A stretch of 55,519 bases of DNA, filler included, from Jimgerdemannia flammicorona (lineage: Eukaryota): NCBI GenBank assembly GCA_003990765.1. It is 3 parts of 3 records of this genome, joined end to end, with 100 filler letters (N's around TTAATTAATTAA, not from the genome) between each part and the next. Parts side by side here need not be neighbours in the genome. Positions count along the whole stretch, not along the records: positions 37,088 to 55,519 come from RBNJ01002211.1; 2 more parts are not named here. The stretch is one strand, 5' to 3'. Shown here one piece after another: positions 40,091 to 51,006 of this stretch. Both the position numbers and the translations under genes were made by a program. The notes beneath the pieces were generated by a model, which made no database searches, was not told the DNA's origin, and worked only from the letters and a program-made list of their open reading frames with translations. How positions within the stretch are numbered: position 1 is the stretch's first letter; each line of letters starts with the position of its first letter.

Positions 40091-41536
40091 TCACCCACCC
40101 TGTCGAAATCGAAGTTTGGTTTTGGGCGAAACGGTCACGGCAGGATGCACCTTCTCAGGAAGATTGCACCAGGCCACGCCATACGACTGCCCATTAATCG
40201 AGAGAGCACAGGTGCGATCGTCCATGTTCAGGTGGAAGGTGAGGACATCCCCGGAAGCAACCCTTCTTGCAATATTCCCACCACTAACCCCATTGAATAA
40301 CGTTGAAATCGATTTGTACGATTGGAAACCCCACCGCGCACCGCCGGAATTCATATATGAACCGAGGTTGAAGTTCTCTCCGACGAGCCCGACCTGGAGT
40401 AATGACTCATTGGTAGTGTTAATTCCCACTGATTCGACGAGGATATCCCACTTCCGCAGGCCGCCCGACGCGGCTGTGCAGGCAGGGACGATTCTGGCCG
40501 TCCTGTAATCCCAGCGCAACCCGGGCGACAAGGCAAATTTCACCACCGCGCCATCATCCGACACGATGACGGGATCTGGCGCCTCCCATCTGTAGCGCAC
40601 CACATCGTCGCGGGGCCTCTTTCCGCCACGGGATCGGGACGGGTGACCTGGGAGACATGTCGTGTTCAAACAAGCATAGTGCGAGAAGGCTTTGTGATGC
40701 GAGGATGTGTCGGTGAGAACGTCGACGGCTTCCATGATGAGCTTGAGGCGGTGCGGGCAGACGAGGACAAGATCCATATGCGGCATCATCCTCTGGAGCG
40801 AGGCGTGTGAGCGGTCGTCCTGTATACGGATCTTTGGTACGTCCATGGAGTTCACGCTGGTGGTTCGAAGCGTGTTCAGCTGCGCGCGACGCTCATCGAG
40901 AGGAGGTGGGTTATCAGCGCGTGTCCATGCCCATCCGATAACGCAAAGCAGGAAGCTCTCTTCTGTGGTGGTAAACGCGAGCTCGTTGTCGTCGGTCGTG
41001 TACGTAAGCAGCGTCTCGAGAGCGTCCTCGGACAACTCGTCCAGATCCCCGACCACTAGCTCGTGCTTCCGGAAGGACCTGGTCAGGACGTGAAATAGCG
41101 CGGTCGTCGATTCGTCCTTCTGCAAAGATGCGACAGCTTCATTGAGGAGTGACGACGCGGCCTTGATGTCGTCGACTTCCGCGCGCTCCAGGATCATGCC
41201 CATGAGCTTGGGAAGGAGGAGGACGGACGCGGCGTGATACGCCTCGACGGCAGTCCAGGCCGAGAGTGGTGCCGTACCGATTATATCGGTATGGATAAAG
41301 GCGAGAACGATACGTAGTGCAGGCGATTTGATGTCGCGGAGGACAACGCGGGAGCAGGTGGGGTCGCTGTAGAGAATGCGCTCTAGAACGACGGAACGGG
41401 TGGCGAGGACGGCGCGGCAGGCACCGATCTCGACGCCGTCGGAGCAGACAAGGGTTACGTCATGGAAAGCCGAGTTGGTTATTAGGCGCGTGAAGTCGGC
41501 CTGAATGTCGACGCCGTTATCGTGGGGGAAGGTCAT
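40091..41536 (-). CDS. BTB/POZ + C-terminal SPRY/concanavalin-like domain protein (481 aa, intronless)
   Basis: BTB: FHDVTLVCSDGVEIGACRAVLATRSVVLERILY..LRIVLAFIHTD. SPRY: LQVGLV..ARWGF..GDVLTFHLNMDDRTCALSINGQSYGVAWCNLPEKVHPAVT. Confidence 0.88.
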   Translation of the reverse strand: MTFPHDNGVDIQADFTRLITNSAFHDVTLVCSDGVEIGACRAVLATRSVVLERILYSDPTCSRVVLRDIKSPALRIVLAFIHTDIIGTAPLSAWTAVEAYHAASVLLLPKLMGMILERAEVDDIKAASSLLNEAVASLQKDESTTALFHVLTRSFRKHELVVGDLDELSEDALETLLTYTTDDNELAFTTTEESFLLCVIGWAWTRADNPPPLDERRAQLNTLRTTSVNSMDVPKIRIQDDRSHASLQRMMPHMDLVLVCPHRLKLIMEAVDVLTDTSSHHKAFSHYACLNTTCLPGHPSRSRGGKRPRDDVVRYRWEAPDPVIVSDDGAVVKFALSPGLRWDYRTARIVPACTAASGGLRKWDILVESVGINTTNESLLQVGLVGENFNLGSYMNSGGARWGFQSYKSISTLFNGVSGGNIARRVASGDVLTFHLNMDDRTCALSINGQSYGVAWCNLPEKVHPAVTVSPKTKLRFRQGG

Positions 41537-41597
41537 ACTTGAAGTTGTTTTGAAGAGTGGGCTTTGTTTGATACCTGGCCCTTTAAGTTGGGATAAG

Positions 41598-41605
41598 TGA
41601 CGTCA
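41598..41605. promoter_or_regulatory. CRE/ATF-type palindrome TGACGTCA about 60 bp upstream of the BTB-SPRY start
   Basis: Perfect 8-mer. The same context (tgacgtcatcatca..cattcat) recurs beside the duplicate at 38413. Confidence 0.35.
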
Positions 41606-41820
41606 TCATCACATTCATAGACTTCTTAAAATTCGGAATTGCCACGCGGTTCATCTCGTGAGCCGACAACCTAAGAATGTTATAAAAAGGAATTTTCGTA
41701 AACACTGCTGCCTAAAAAAATCTTGGCATCCACTTGCATGATGAAACATTCGTAAATATAACATAAAACAAGTTTTTGTTTAATGTTTTCCCAACACGAT
41801 AAATATTTGGACATCGTGAA

Positions 41821-43230
41821 CTATGTCCTTCGAATCTGTAAACTGTTTAACAGCGACATGGCTATGGCTTTGGCAATCCAGACGTCTGGCTCAACTACGT
41901 CAAATTTCGGCATTGGCTCCTTAATTTCGACGGTTGGGTTATTGTCCGTGATCGAATCATTATCAGCAGTGATGGGTGTTGATTTTGTTGATGTATCGGA
42001 GTTGGATTGTTCACCGTTGCTGAGATCCGGATCGTTACGGCTCTGTGCCAGAATTCGCTGCTGTTTAAGAATATAACGATGAGCGAACCAATGCGCCCTG
42101 GCGGCATCTGGTTTATCAGCGCGGCCTCTTTTCAGGTTATACTCGACTTGTTGTTTCAACTTTACGTATCGATCGTAAACAGGAGCTAAGTCGAAGGAAA
42201 TTGATCCGTCAAGTTGTTCGAAAGCCGCTTTCCGCTCTTTGCAAAAGTCGTGTATCTCTCGAACTGTTTGGGCGCGCCAGGAATAAGATCGTCGCGTTAA
42301 CCGCCTGGGCGGTTTCTGACAGCATCTATATGGTGGAACTCTGGTAAGCTGCCACAGCAAAGTTCCCAGACAATAGGTATCGCAGGCTAGTGTCACTGCT
42401 GAAGACACGTATGCCACGGGTGAAAGGTATCTACTTAGCCCTAACCAATCACCATCAGTAGACCGATCAATTGTAGTGGCCGCCAAAATCAACGATGTAT
42501 CAATCCCGCTTTGAGTCAGAATTTTGAATTTTGGCACGAATCAGCTCTAGTGATTAGAATTAGTCATCGCTCCATTTTGGGATAGTCCGAATACGGTGCA
42601 AATATACTTGGATGATTAACTGGAAGTGTTACGTAAAGTCAGATATAATCTAGCGTTAGCAAACAATGTGAATCGGCAACATCGAGTATGAGATATAACA
42701 TGTTACCTCTGGCACATATACGGTTTCAGTTACGTCAGGGCCAACTGGTGGTTTTGTTTTTGTCCGCGCCAACTCAACAGATTTCGGAACTTGGACTTCT
42801 TTTGTCGGTGCACCACCACCGTTCCCTTGTAGATTGTCGCAAAACCACCGACATTAAGAAGCTTAATTTTAGTGAATGTACTGTATGGAATCCATGCCAA
42901 ATAGTTCTCCAATATCGGCGGTACCCCAGATGGTGTTGGACAATGTGATCCGTATTAGGAAAACAAAATTTCCACAATTCCACTTCTCTATATCGTCGAT
43001 CAACCGTATCGAAAGGGCCAAGGAGAGACAGAAACGCGCGGGCTTATCGACGGTAATCATGAAGTACAGGTGGTCTTCTTTGGGGAGGGTGGCAGACGTT
43101 GGAAACAGGCCAAGGCTGAGTGATTGTGTATATGTGGCAAGTCCTCGTGTAACGCGTCGGACCATTCTTGGGACGTATATACTTGATTACAGCTCTTGTC
43201 GCACCGAGCCTCCGGGCACCTCTTCACCAT
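41821..43230 (-). pseudogene. Decayed tyrosine-kinase-like (TKL) protein kinase
   Basis: KWNCGN..DHIVQ..YLAWIPYSTFTKIKLLNVGGFATIYKG resembles the WTSGN..LEWIPY..GGF..IYKA signature. GLSRYLSP...CDTYCLGTLLWQL..PPY resembles subdomains VIII-IX. It has frameshifts and no HRD or DFG. Confidence 0.65.
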
Positions 43231-43861
43231 GACCCTTTCGTTGCATCACGCTCATCATTATACGGCATACGCCTTAAGATTTAGCCTCTAAATAGATAAA
43301 TCGGTAGTGGCAATATTCATCATTTATTCACTGCAGAAAATGGAAGTATGTTCGAAACTTTTGGAACAAGTCTCGTGTGGTTCGGGAATCGGACATTGTG
43401 AGAGTATAATGACCGGAATGGGACATATTGGGTCATGTGAGAGCTGTGGCTTTGTGGGCAGACCCCACGTGACCGTAACGCGGATAAACAAAGACGTGAC
43501 ATTCAAGTTCTAACTTCTACGACTCCGTCCAACTGAATCAAAGGTGAGCTGACCAGCCGTTCTTTAAAAAGGCACCATGCGTTTTCATCTAACGCGGCCG
43601 ACGAGCACTTGCCCCTTTCGAACCCTTGATGACTCCTGAACGAACCCCATCTCGCTGTCCGAACACGGGACGCGCTTCGCCGCTTTGTCTGTGGGTGGCG
43701 GCCTTCTCTATGAACGATTTGCCAGCGTAGCCGGATCAAATTTGCGCATAGGCTTTTCGAAAGTTGGCTATACAAAAGTCTGACACTTCCATTTTCCTCT
43801 CATGTGCTACTGTCTACCGTCACACCTTTCCCTCGCTCCTTGGAACGATGTCCAAAGAACT

Positions 43862-46800
43862 ATGACTTTGGAACAAAAGAAGGGCGTGTGTTACTTCTAC
43901 GATGGTATGTATTACACTTCCGCTAAAGTTTTGTCTCGTCGAGCTTGCGTCATTCCCGGCGCTCACCTTACGCTCCTCCGTATCACCGACACCCATCAAC
44001 CAAATCAGCCAACGTTGGCAACTATCACTACGGCCCAGGTCACCCGATGAAGCCGCACCGGATTCGCATGTGTCATGGGTTGGTGATGAATTACGGGCTG
44101 TACAAGAAAATGGAGATTTATGTGAGTTTCAAGTTTTTTGTGGTATAAGGGGTTATAGAGGGAAGGGAAGGGAAGCGCATGTAACGATTCAATCCAATAT
44201 ATGTGATGTTTTTTTCTTCTTTTTCTTCCGGCATCTCACAGCGGGCTAAACCGGCTAACAAGTGGGAGATGACGCAGTTCCACACGGACGAGTACATCGA
44301 TTTTTTGTCACGCGTTACGCCGGAGAATATGGAGCTGTTTGCGAAGGAGCAGGCGAAATGTGAGTGAACTCTCCTTTATTTTATTATTTGTTCATTTAGG
44401 GAGCGAGGCATGGACGAATTTATGGTATAGTATGTTATTTGTCGCTCACGTTTACATTGCTCAACCCAACCCGCCCAAACCCCAGTCAACGTTGGTGACG
44501 ACTGCCCTGTCTTTGAAGGTCTCTTCGAATACTGCGGCCTCTCCGCCGGCGGCTCCATGGGTACGTACCTCTCCTCTTCCCATTCTTCATCGTCTCTTCC
44601 GCCATCCATCGAATTAATCACTCTCTGACCTCCACAGAGGGAGCCGCACGCCTGAACCGCGGGCTCTGCGACATCGCAATCAATTGGGCAGGTGGTCTGC
44701 ACCATGCCAAGAAATCGGAGGCCTCCGGATTTTGCTACGTAAACGACATTGTCCTGGGCATCCTCGAGCTGCTAAGGTACTACCCTCGCGTGCTGTACAT
44801 TGATATCGATATCCATCACGGGGATGGCGTTGAGGAGGCGTTCTATACAACGGATCGCGTCATGACTGTGTCGTTTCACAAATATGGAGAGTACTTCCCC
44901 GGAACGGGAGAGCTTAGGGTAGGTGTTGAAGAGGGACACGAATGTGACGAGTGTTGGGATGTTTTGAATGCATGATACGCGATTTGATGTCGATTTCTTT
45001 CTTTCTTTTGAACTCGCGGTGAATGTAGGACGTGGGCGTCGGCAAGGGCAAGTACTACAGTGTGAATTTTCCGTTAAGGGACGGTATCGACGACGAAAGC
45101 TATAAGAGTGTGTTTGAGCCGGTATGCGGATGGTTCAATGAAATGCCTTGTTGGGGCTTCCTTTGAGTGTTCTCACCATGCTGATCTCGAACCTCTGTCC
45201 CTCAACCCGGTCACCCCAAAGGTGATAGAGAAGGTCGTGGAGTGGTACCGTCCCTCAGCCGTCGTGCTCCAGTGCGGCGCCGACTCGCTGAGCGGCGACA
45301 AACTCGGCTGCTTCAATCTGTCAATGAAGGGTACGTCTCCCCTATATGGTTTCGATAGTTCCCTTCAGCTTTTGCGGCACTATTTGATTTGATTTGATTA
45401 TTTCGGACACGCGTTCCTTCAGGCCACGCCAACTGCGTCTCCTTCGTCAAGAAGTTCAACCTCCCCACCCTGGTCCTCGGTGGCGGTGGATACACCATGC
45501 GCAACGTGTCACGTGCATGGGCATATGAAACGGGGGTCGTCGTCGGACAGGATATCGGGCCCGGTATGAATGCTGCCATTTTATTTTATTTATTTATTTT
45601 TGGGCCAGAGGAAGGGGAGAGGTGAAGGAAATTTATGAGTTTGTGAAATGTGGCGATCGTTCAGATGCTGATTTTATTATTATAATAATTATTACGTTGT
45701 AGACATGCCCTACAACGACTACTACGAGTACTTTGGGCCCGACTACAAGCTCGATGTGCGACCGAGTAACATGGAAAATATGAACTCGTCAGAGTATCTG
45801 GAGAAAATCAAGTACGTTGGTGGAATAAAATTAAGGGTGATGGGGTGTCAGGAGCGGATGTTGATGGGACACAGGTTCATCGCTCGAATTTTACCGGGTT
45901 GACGAGTTGACGATTCTCATTCTCCGATCACAGGATACAGGTCTTCGAGAATCTGGGACGCACGCAGTTCGCGCCGAGCGTGCAGATGCAGGGTATGTGC
46001 CCGGGACGTCGTTTGGGATCTTTGATGGGAAGCTCTGGCTGTCCTGTGGGGATGCTTACGATTTTTTTCTTTACCGATTACAGAGGTACCTGCCGACAAG
46101 GATATATCGGACGACGAGGATGCGGATAACCCGGACGAACGGGTACCGCGTAAGTATTCATTATCAGCACAGCACTCCCACTCCCTAGCAAGTTTTTTTT
46201 TTTTTTTCTTTAGTTCAAATTGCTTACTCTTCACCTCTTCTCCACAGAACGCCTCTGGGACCGTCGCATCGTCCCCGAGAACGAATACTACGACTCGGAC
46301 GAGGGCGAAGCCGAGGGTGCCCCGGGTACGAAACTGAGCCGCAACGAGAACTATCGGCCGTCGCCGGCGTTGGTCGATACGCTGAACGGCGGGCCCGTGT
46401 CGGCCGTCCCGGCCCCACTGCCCGGGCTCATGAGCGTCGTTCTCGAGAAGCGCAAGGCCGCCGAACTCGAGAGGGAGGAGGAGGAGATCGAGGAGTTCAT
46501 GCGCGAGGCTGAGAGGAAAAAGGCCTTGGTCGCGGCCACGGTGGCCGCGGCAGCCGTCGTTGGGGGTGGGAGGGAGGTCGAGGTGGGGGGCGTGGCGGGG
46601 ATGGTCGTCGATGGGGAGGGGGCGAGGCGGGAGGATGGGGAGAGAAGTGGTGAGTTGGTGTTTTTTTATAGGAAGTGGCGTTGTTATGAGGTGTGACCCG
46701 GATATTTTACTGTACCCATGACAAACTCAGACTCACATAGCTAACCCTGCCCGTCTTCCTTCCACCTCAATAGCATCCGCCGAGCCACCCACCGTAACGG

Positions 46801-47012
46801 TCACGAGCGCGACACCTAGCGCTCCCTCAACCCCGGCGCCCGTCGCGACCGCTTCGACCCCGGCAGCGACGGTACCTACTGAGACGGGCGCGATGGACGC
46901 CGATGAAGGGGCAGAGGCGCAGGGTGCGAAGGCTGAGGGCAAGGCGGAGGAAGGTGCGGTGCCGGAGAGAAAGGCCGAGGAGGTAGTGGTGCAACCTATG
47001 GATTTAAGTTGA
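43862..47012 (+). CDS. RPD3: Class I histone deacetylase (Rpd3/HDAC1-2 type), multi-exon
   Basis: [112 protein letters not shown]. Acidic low-complexity tail. Confidence 0.96.
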
Positions 47013-47255
47013 AGGGTAGATGTGGGTTGGAGGCGGGGGAGGTGAGGTTGTAGAGTTTGGGTGTGCAAGCGAGTTGGTGATAGAGAATGTGAACGATGAA
47101 AAAGAGGGTGGGGTGAGTTTCCTCGCAGGGTTACTTGTCGCGTTTTGCTGCCCTATAATTTTGGTTATGTGTTGCCTTGCATGACGGCTTGTTTCCTGCG
47201 AGCTGTGTATTGAAATTTAATGTGATGTATATTTTTTGTAAATGCCGAATCACAA

Positions 47256-47311
<56 letters not shown>

Positions 47312-47711
47312 ATCTCTTGCGTGGTTGGGTATCAACGAAAGGTGGAAAATGGGAACCAGGCTCAGTCGTTTCAGTTGCAGTATGCTTTGTGGCAGTCGGA
47401 TGTTGGGATGGAATCCATTTTGTATTAACTGTATTTTTATAATTGAACCGAGGAATCGTGTTGGTATAATCGTCAAGCTGTCGAGGTAGTATGGGAACTC
47501 ACTATCCCCTAAGCAGGATGATATCAATTACTTGGGCAGCCACACTTAACATCAGACCTATATGGGCTTTGTGTTTTCGTCATGGGTCGATCATTAAGCC
47601 ATGACATCTCCAAAATATACGTATATCGCACAGTATCAATATGGCGACAATTAATATCGTAGGAGGCCAATGAGAATCAAAACAAAAATGAGAACATTGT
47701 CCCTCTCAAAA

Positions 47712-49598
47712 CTACATCTCGAACCCGTCCATATCTAGGCCTTGCAATTCTCCTTCCAACGTCAGCATCTCCTCCAGCTCGTCAATCCTGGCCTGCTGCA
47801 AGTCAATAACGACATCCCTCTCCCGTATCAACCGCCGAAGCTCCACCACCTGTCGCCGGAGCTCTGTCACCCGCTGACGGTTCCGACGGCGCTCCGCCTC
47901 GACCAGCCGTTCCAAGACGGCCACCTGATGGCCCGGGTCCAGCTGCCGCACTCGGTCGCGGAAATCGCTTCTTCTCCTCTGCAAGCGCGCAGAAGGGCCT
48001 ACCTCGAGCGCATCCAGATTCATCGGTTCTTGGGACGAAGAATTGCGTGTGACTTGATCCTCATCCGCGTGCATGCTTCCCCATATGCGATGAGAGTCAG
48101 AAGAGGCCAGGGACTCGGAGAGGTTGACTGCGACGGTGGAGACAGTTGTATGGTTCTGATCGTGCCTTGGCTGCAGTTCGTGAAGACTCATTGCCCCGCC
48201 GTCGTCTCCGCCGAATGGTTCGCTTGCAATGGCCGAGCGCCACTTGCCAACGTTATCGTCGAAGCGCGGCGACGTTGCGGTGGGTGTTGCGATGGGTGTT
48301 GCGGTGGGTGTCGCGGTGGGCATTGATAAATCGCTTATGCGAAAATCAACAATACTGACCGCTGGACTTGCGGGTCGCAACACCTCGGACTCGAGAACTG
48401 GAACGTCGAATTGACGTGGCGTCGCGGGAGAAGTGATCAACGATGCGATGAGTTCTGCACTGGTCGGGAGAATTGATGATGTTACGGTGACCGGCAAACT
48501 GGGGGCATGGTTCAGCCTTGAGGAGTTTGGGGCGCCGAGTGATACCGTTGTAGTAGAGTTAGGCTGGATCGTGTTTGAAGTGAGAGATGATGTTTCCGAC
48601 TGTTTCTCTTCCTTCACTATATGATTCCCGAAAATAGGGAGTTTCTCGGATGCTTTCGCCTCCAATTTCGGTAGCTCTGCCGGGTTTCCCGACCCGGCGG
48701 TGTTTTTTGTGACAGCCGTGTTGGCGAGGCTGACCAAGGCGGCGTTGACATAGAAGATGTCGGGGTGTTCGTTCAGGAGGTCAGTGAGTTTCTTCCCGAG
48801 CATCGACCAGTGGAGGGCTCCAAATCTCCGCTTGTAATAGTTTCCCAATTCCGTTATAGCTACCGACCCACCACCCGTCAAGGCGATGATTTGACGCAAA
48901 TTTTCAATGCATTGGGTCATCGTGATGGCCAGGAAGACTTTGCCCTTGGACATGGCTTTCATGGAAACGTGAAATGTTCCAGGACGTTGTACAAGGAATT
49001 CCGGCAGTGTCTGCTTTGGAACAGACTCATTCCAGCATCCTGGGCCAAAATCCTGCTCGTACCATGCTTCCAAGTTTGTTATGTCCAATGCTGCACCTCC
49101 CACAGATGCTCGCAGAAGGCGTTGAAGTCTCGACACACATCTCATCTCCAGGTCGGCTTGGTTCAAATCAACGTGATCTTCTCCGATGATACGAAACACC
49201 GAGAAAGGCGCGAGGAAAGAGACAAAAGTCATGTGTTGGGGTTGCGGTTTCCAGCATTCGGTCCCGAACTTCAAATGGTACACATGTCTCAATAGAGCCA
49301 ATCTCATGGGTAGCGACTCGTTCACCCCTGCTTCCTTCACAATCTCCTCGAGTCGTTCCATGCAAATCCACTCGTCGTATTTCGGGCTCAAAATGACCAA
49401 CTCGTTTTCGACGTAGAAGACATCCGGATGCCCCTCGAGGAAGGCCAAGAGCGCTCGCTTCGGAGGCTGCTCCCAAACACCGTTGCCGTGTTTGCGAGTG
49501 TATAGCTCTTCGAGCGTCGCGACGGACAACGAGTTATCTGTGTTTGTGCGGAGGGCTTGCGCGAGCTTTTCGATGCAGGCTCTGGCGGCGGTGGACAT
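47712..49598 (-). CDS. Protein with four tandem LOTUS/OST-HTH-like repeats, a Ser/Thr/Pro linker and a C-terminal coiled coil (628 aa, intronless)
   Basis: Four ~70-aa repeats of pattern CxxxL...L..xY..xFG..W....L..FL...P..F.V. The C-terminus is heptad-rich (RVTELRRQVVELRRLIRERD..LQQARIDELEEML). Confidence 0.75.
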   Translation of the reverse strand: MSTAARACIEKLAQALRTNTDNSLSVATLEELYTRKHGNGVWEQPPKRALLAFLEGHPDVFYVENELVILSPKYDEWICMERLEEIVKEAGVNESLPMRLALLRHVYHLKFGTECWKPQPQHMTFVSFLAPFSVFRIIGEDHVDLNQADLEMRCVSRLQRLLRASVGGAALDITNLEAWYEQDFGPGCWNESVPKQTLPEFLVQRPGTFHVSMKAMSKGKVFLAITMTQCIENLRQIIALTGGGSVAITELGNYYKRRFGALHWSMLGKKLTDLLNEHPDIFYVNAALVSLANTAVTKNTAGSGNPAELPKLEAKASEKLPIFGNHIVKEEKQSETSSLTSNTIQPNSTTTVSLGAPNSSRLNHAPSLPVTVTSSILPTSAELIASLITSPATPRQFDVPVLESEVLRPASPAVSIVDFRISDLSMPTATPTATPIATPTATSPRFDDNVGKWRSAIASEPFGGDDGGAMSLHELQPRHDQNHTTVSTVAVNLSESLASSDSHRIWGSMHADEDQVTRNSSSQEPMNLDALEVGPSARLQRRRSDFRDRVRQLDPGHQVAVLERLVEAERRRNRQRVTELRRQVVELRRLIRERDVVIDLQQARIDELEEMLTLEGELQGLDMDGFEM

Positions 49599-49921
49599 TT
49601 TGCTGGGATGGAAATGGTTCAGATGTTGACGGCTTTATAGTGAAAAGATTCGCCAGATCCACGTGCCAGCATGGAATTATAAAATAGTCACACAATCCTG
49701 TCACAAGGAACAATCACTCTTATGTTTGATACGCCATTATTACCCGCTCTACACCCACACCACGTCTGTTACAAAAGAAAAATACAAATTTACAATCCGG
49801 GCACCATATAAACTGAAACCGAGGTCAAAAATACCTTGATAGCAGCCGGGCTGCACCGACAAAATGTATGTTACGGAGATGAAACAGTGCCGAGAATATT
49901 GTCATACTGACTTGCAGGAGG

Positions 49922-49978
<57 letters not shown>

Positions 49979-49986
49979 CTTTTTTT

Positions 49987-50028
<42 letters not shown>

Positions 50029-51006
50029 TGCATGCGACATCCCACAACTAGATTATATTGAGTAGTTTAATATTTTGCCATTTATTTACAACAAAGTGAA
50101 CTCCGCGTTGTGTGGTTTTGTTATTTGTGGGTTTATTGGCCATTCAAGCAGCGTCCCATTCTTTTCTACAGTTCATTTTTTGAATATGAGTATGGTGGTA
50201 GGTACCAAGAGGCAATTAAATTAAATTAAAATTAAAATTTAATAATTGAAATATTTTTTTCTACTGAACTATTTAATTAAGTTTTATTAATATTAGTTTA
50301 AAAGATATTTATACAATTTCTCAAAACTAAGTTAGAGATAAGAATATTATATTTAACTAAAAAATTTCAAATTATTATAAATAATGATATAATTTTTTTA
50401 AGCTATATAATTAATATATTATAATAAAGATTCTTAGTTATCTATTTCTTTTATCTCATTCTTAAAATTAGGTTTAGAATTAGAAACTTTCTAATTTATA
50501 GAATTGAGAGTATGGTTATTATTATATATATAATAATACTAAAATAATAAGACAGTATGGAGATTCTTTAAAAAAGATTTAGCTATTAAGATAAACTAAA
50601 CAAATATTGAGATAGAACTCTGTCTATAAACTGTAACTAGATAAGAAGGATTAAGACAAACTTCTATCAAGTGATATAACGAGTCCCAGAACCGTTTGTT
50701 CCGTGGCCAATTATCATCATTACCAGAATAGTAATTGGACCAACGCTGAAGCCGACAACAAACACTAGCGCCGGCAGGCTGAGTATTGGTGGGACGAGGA
50801 GGATGAGGAGGATGAGAATTTGGAGCTGACTATTTGAACCTTGCTATTTAAGCCCCTTTTTCTTTTCTGGCGCTCCAAACTCGAGGGCTGAAACATTTGA
50901 AACTTTGCCGTGCCGCAGCTTCCGGTGGCTTGTGAGTTGAGAAAACTTCCAACACGCGCCCCATTTGCTTTTCTTGGCTTTCTCTTCTGCAAACACAAAT
51001 CCCCCA

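Noticed and set aside
47258..47310. Long poly(T) tracts (also 49925-50027) and their poly-Lys/Phe ORFs
   Set aside because: Homopolymers with no element body or TSD; lengths may be assembly artefacts; the ORFs are spurious.
43862..49598. HDAC + LOTUS protein as a linked silencing module
   Set aside because: Only adjacency (convergent genes); no evidence of co-regulation or conserved synteny.
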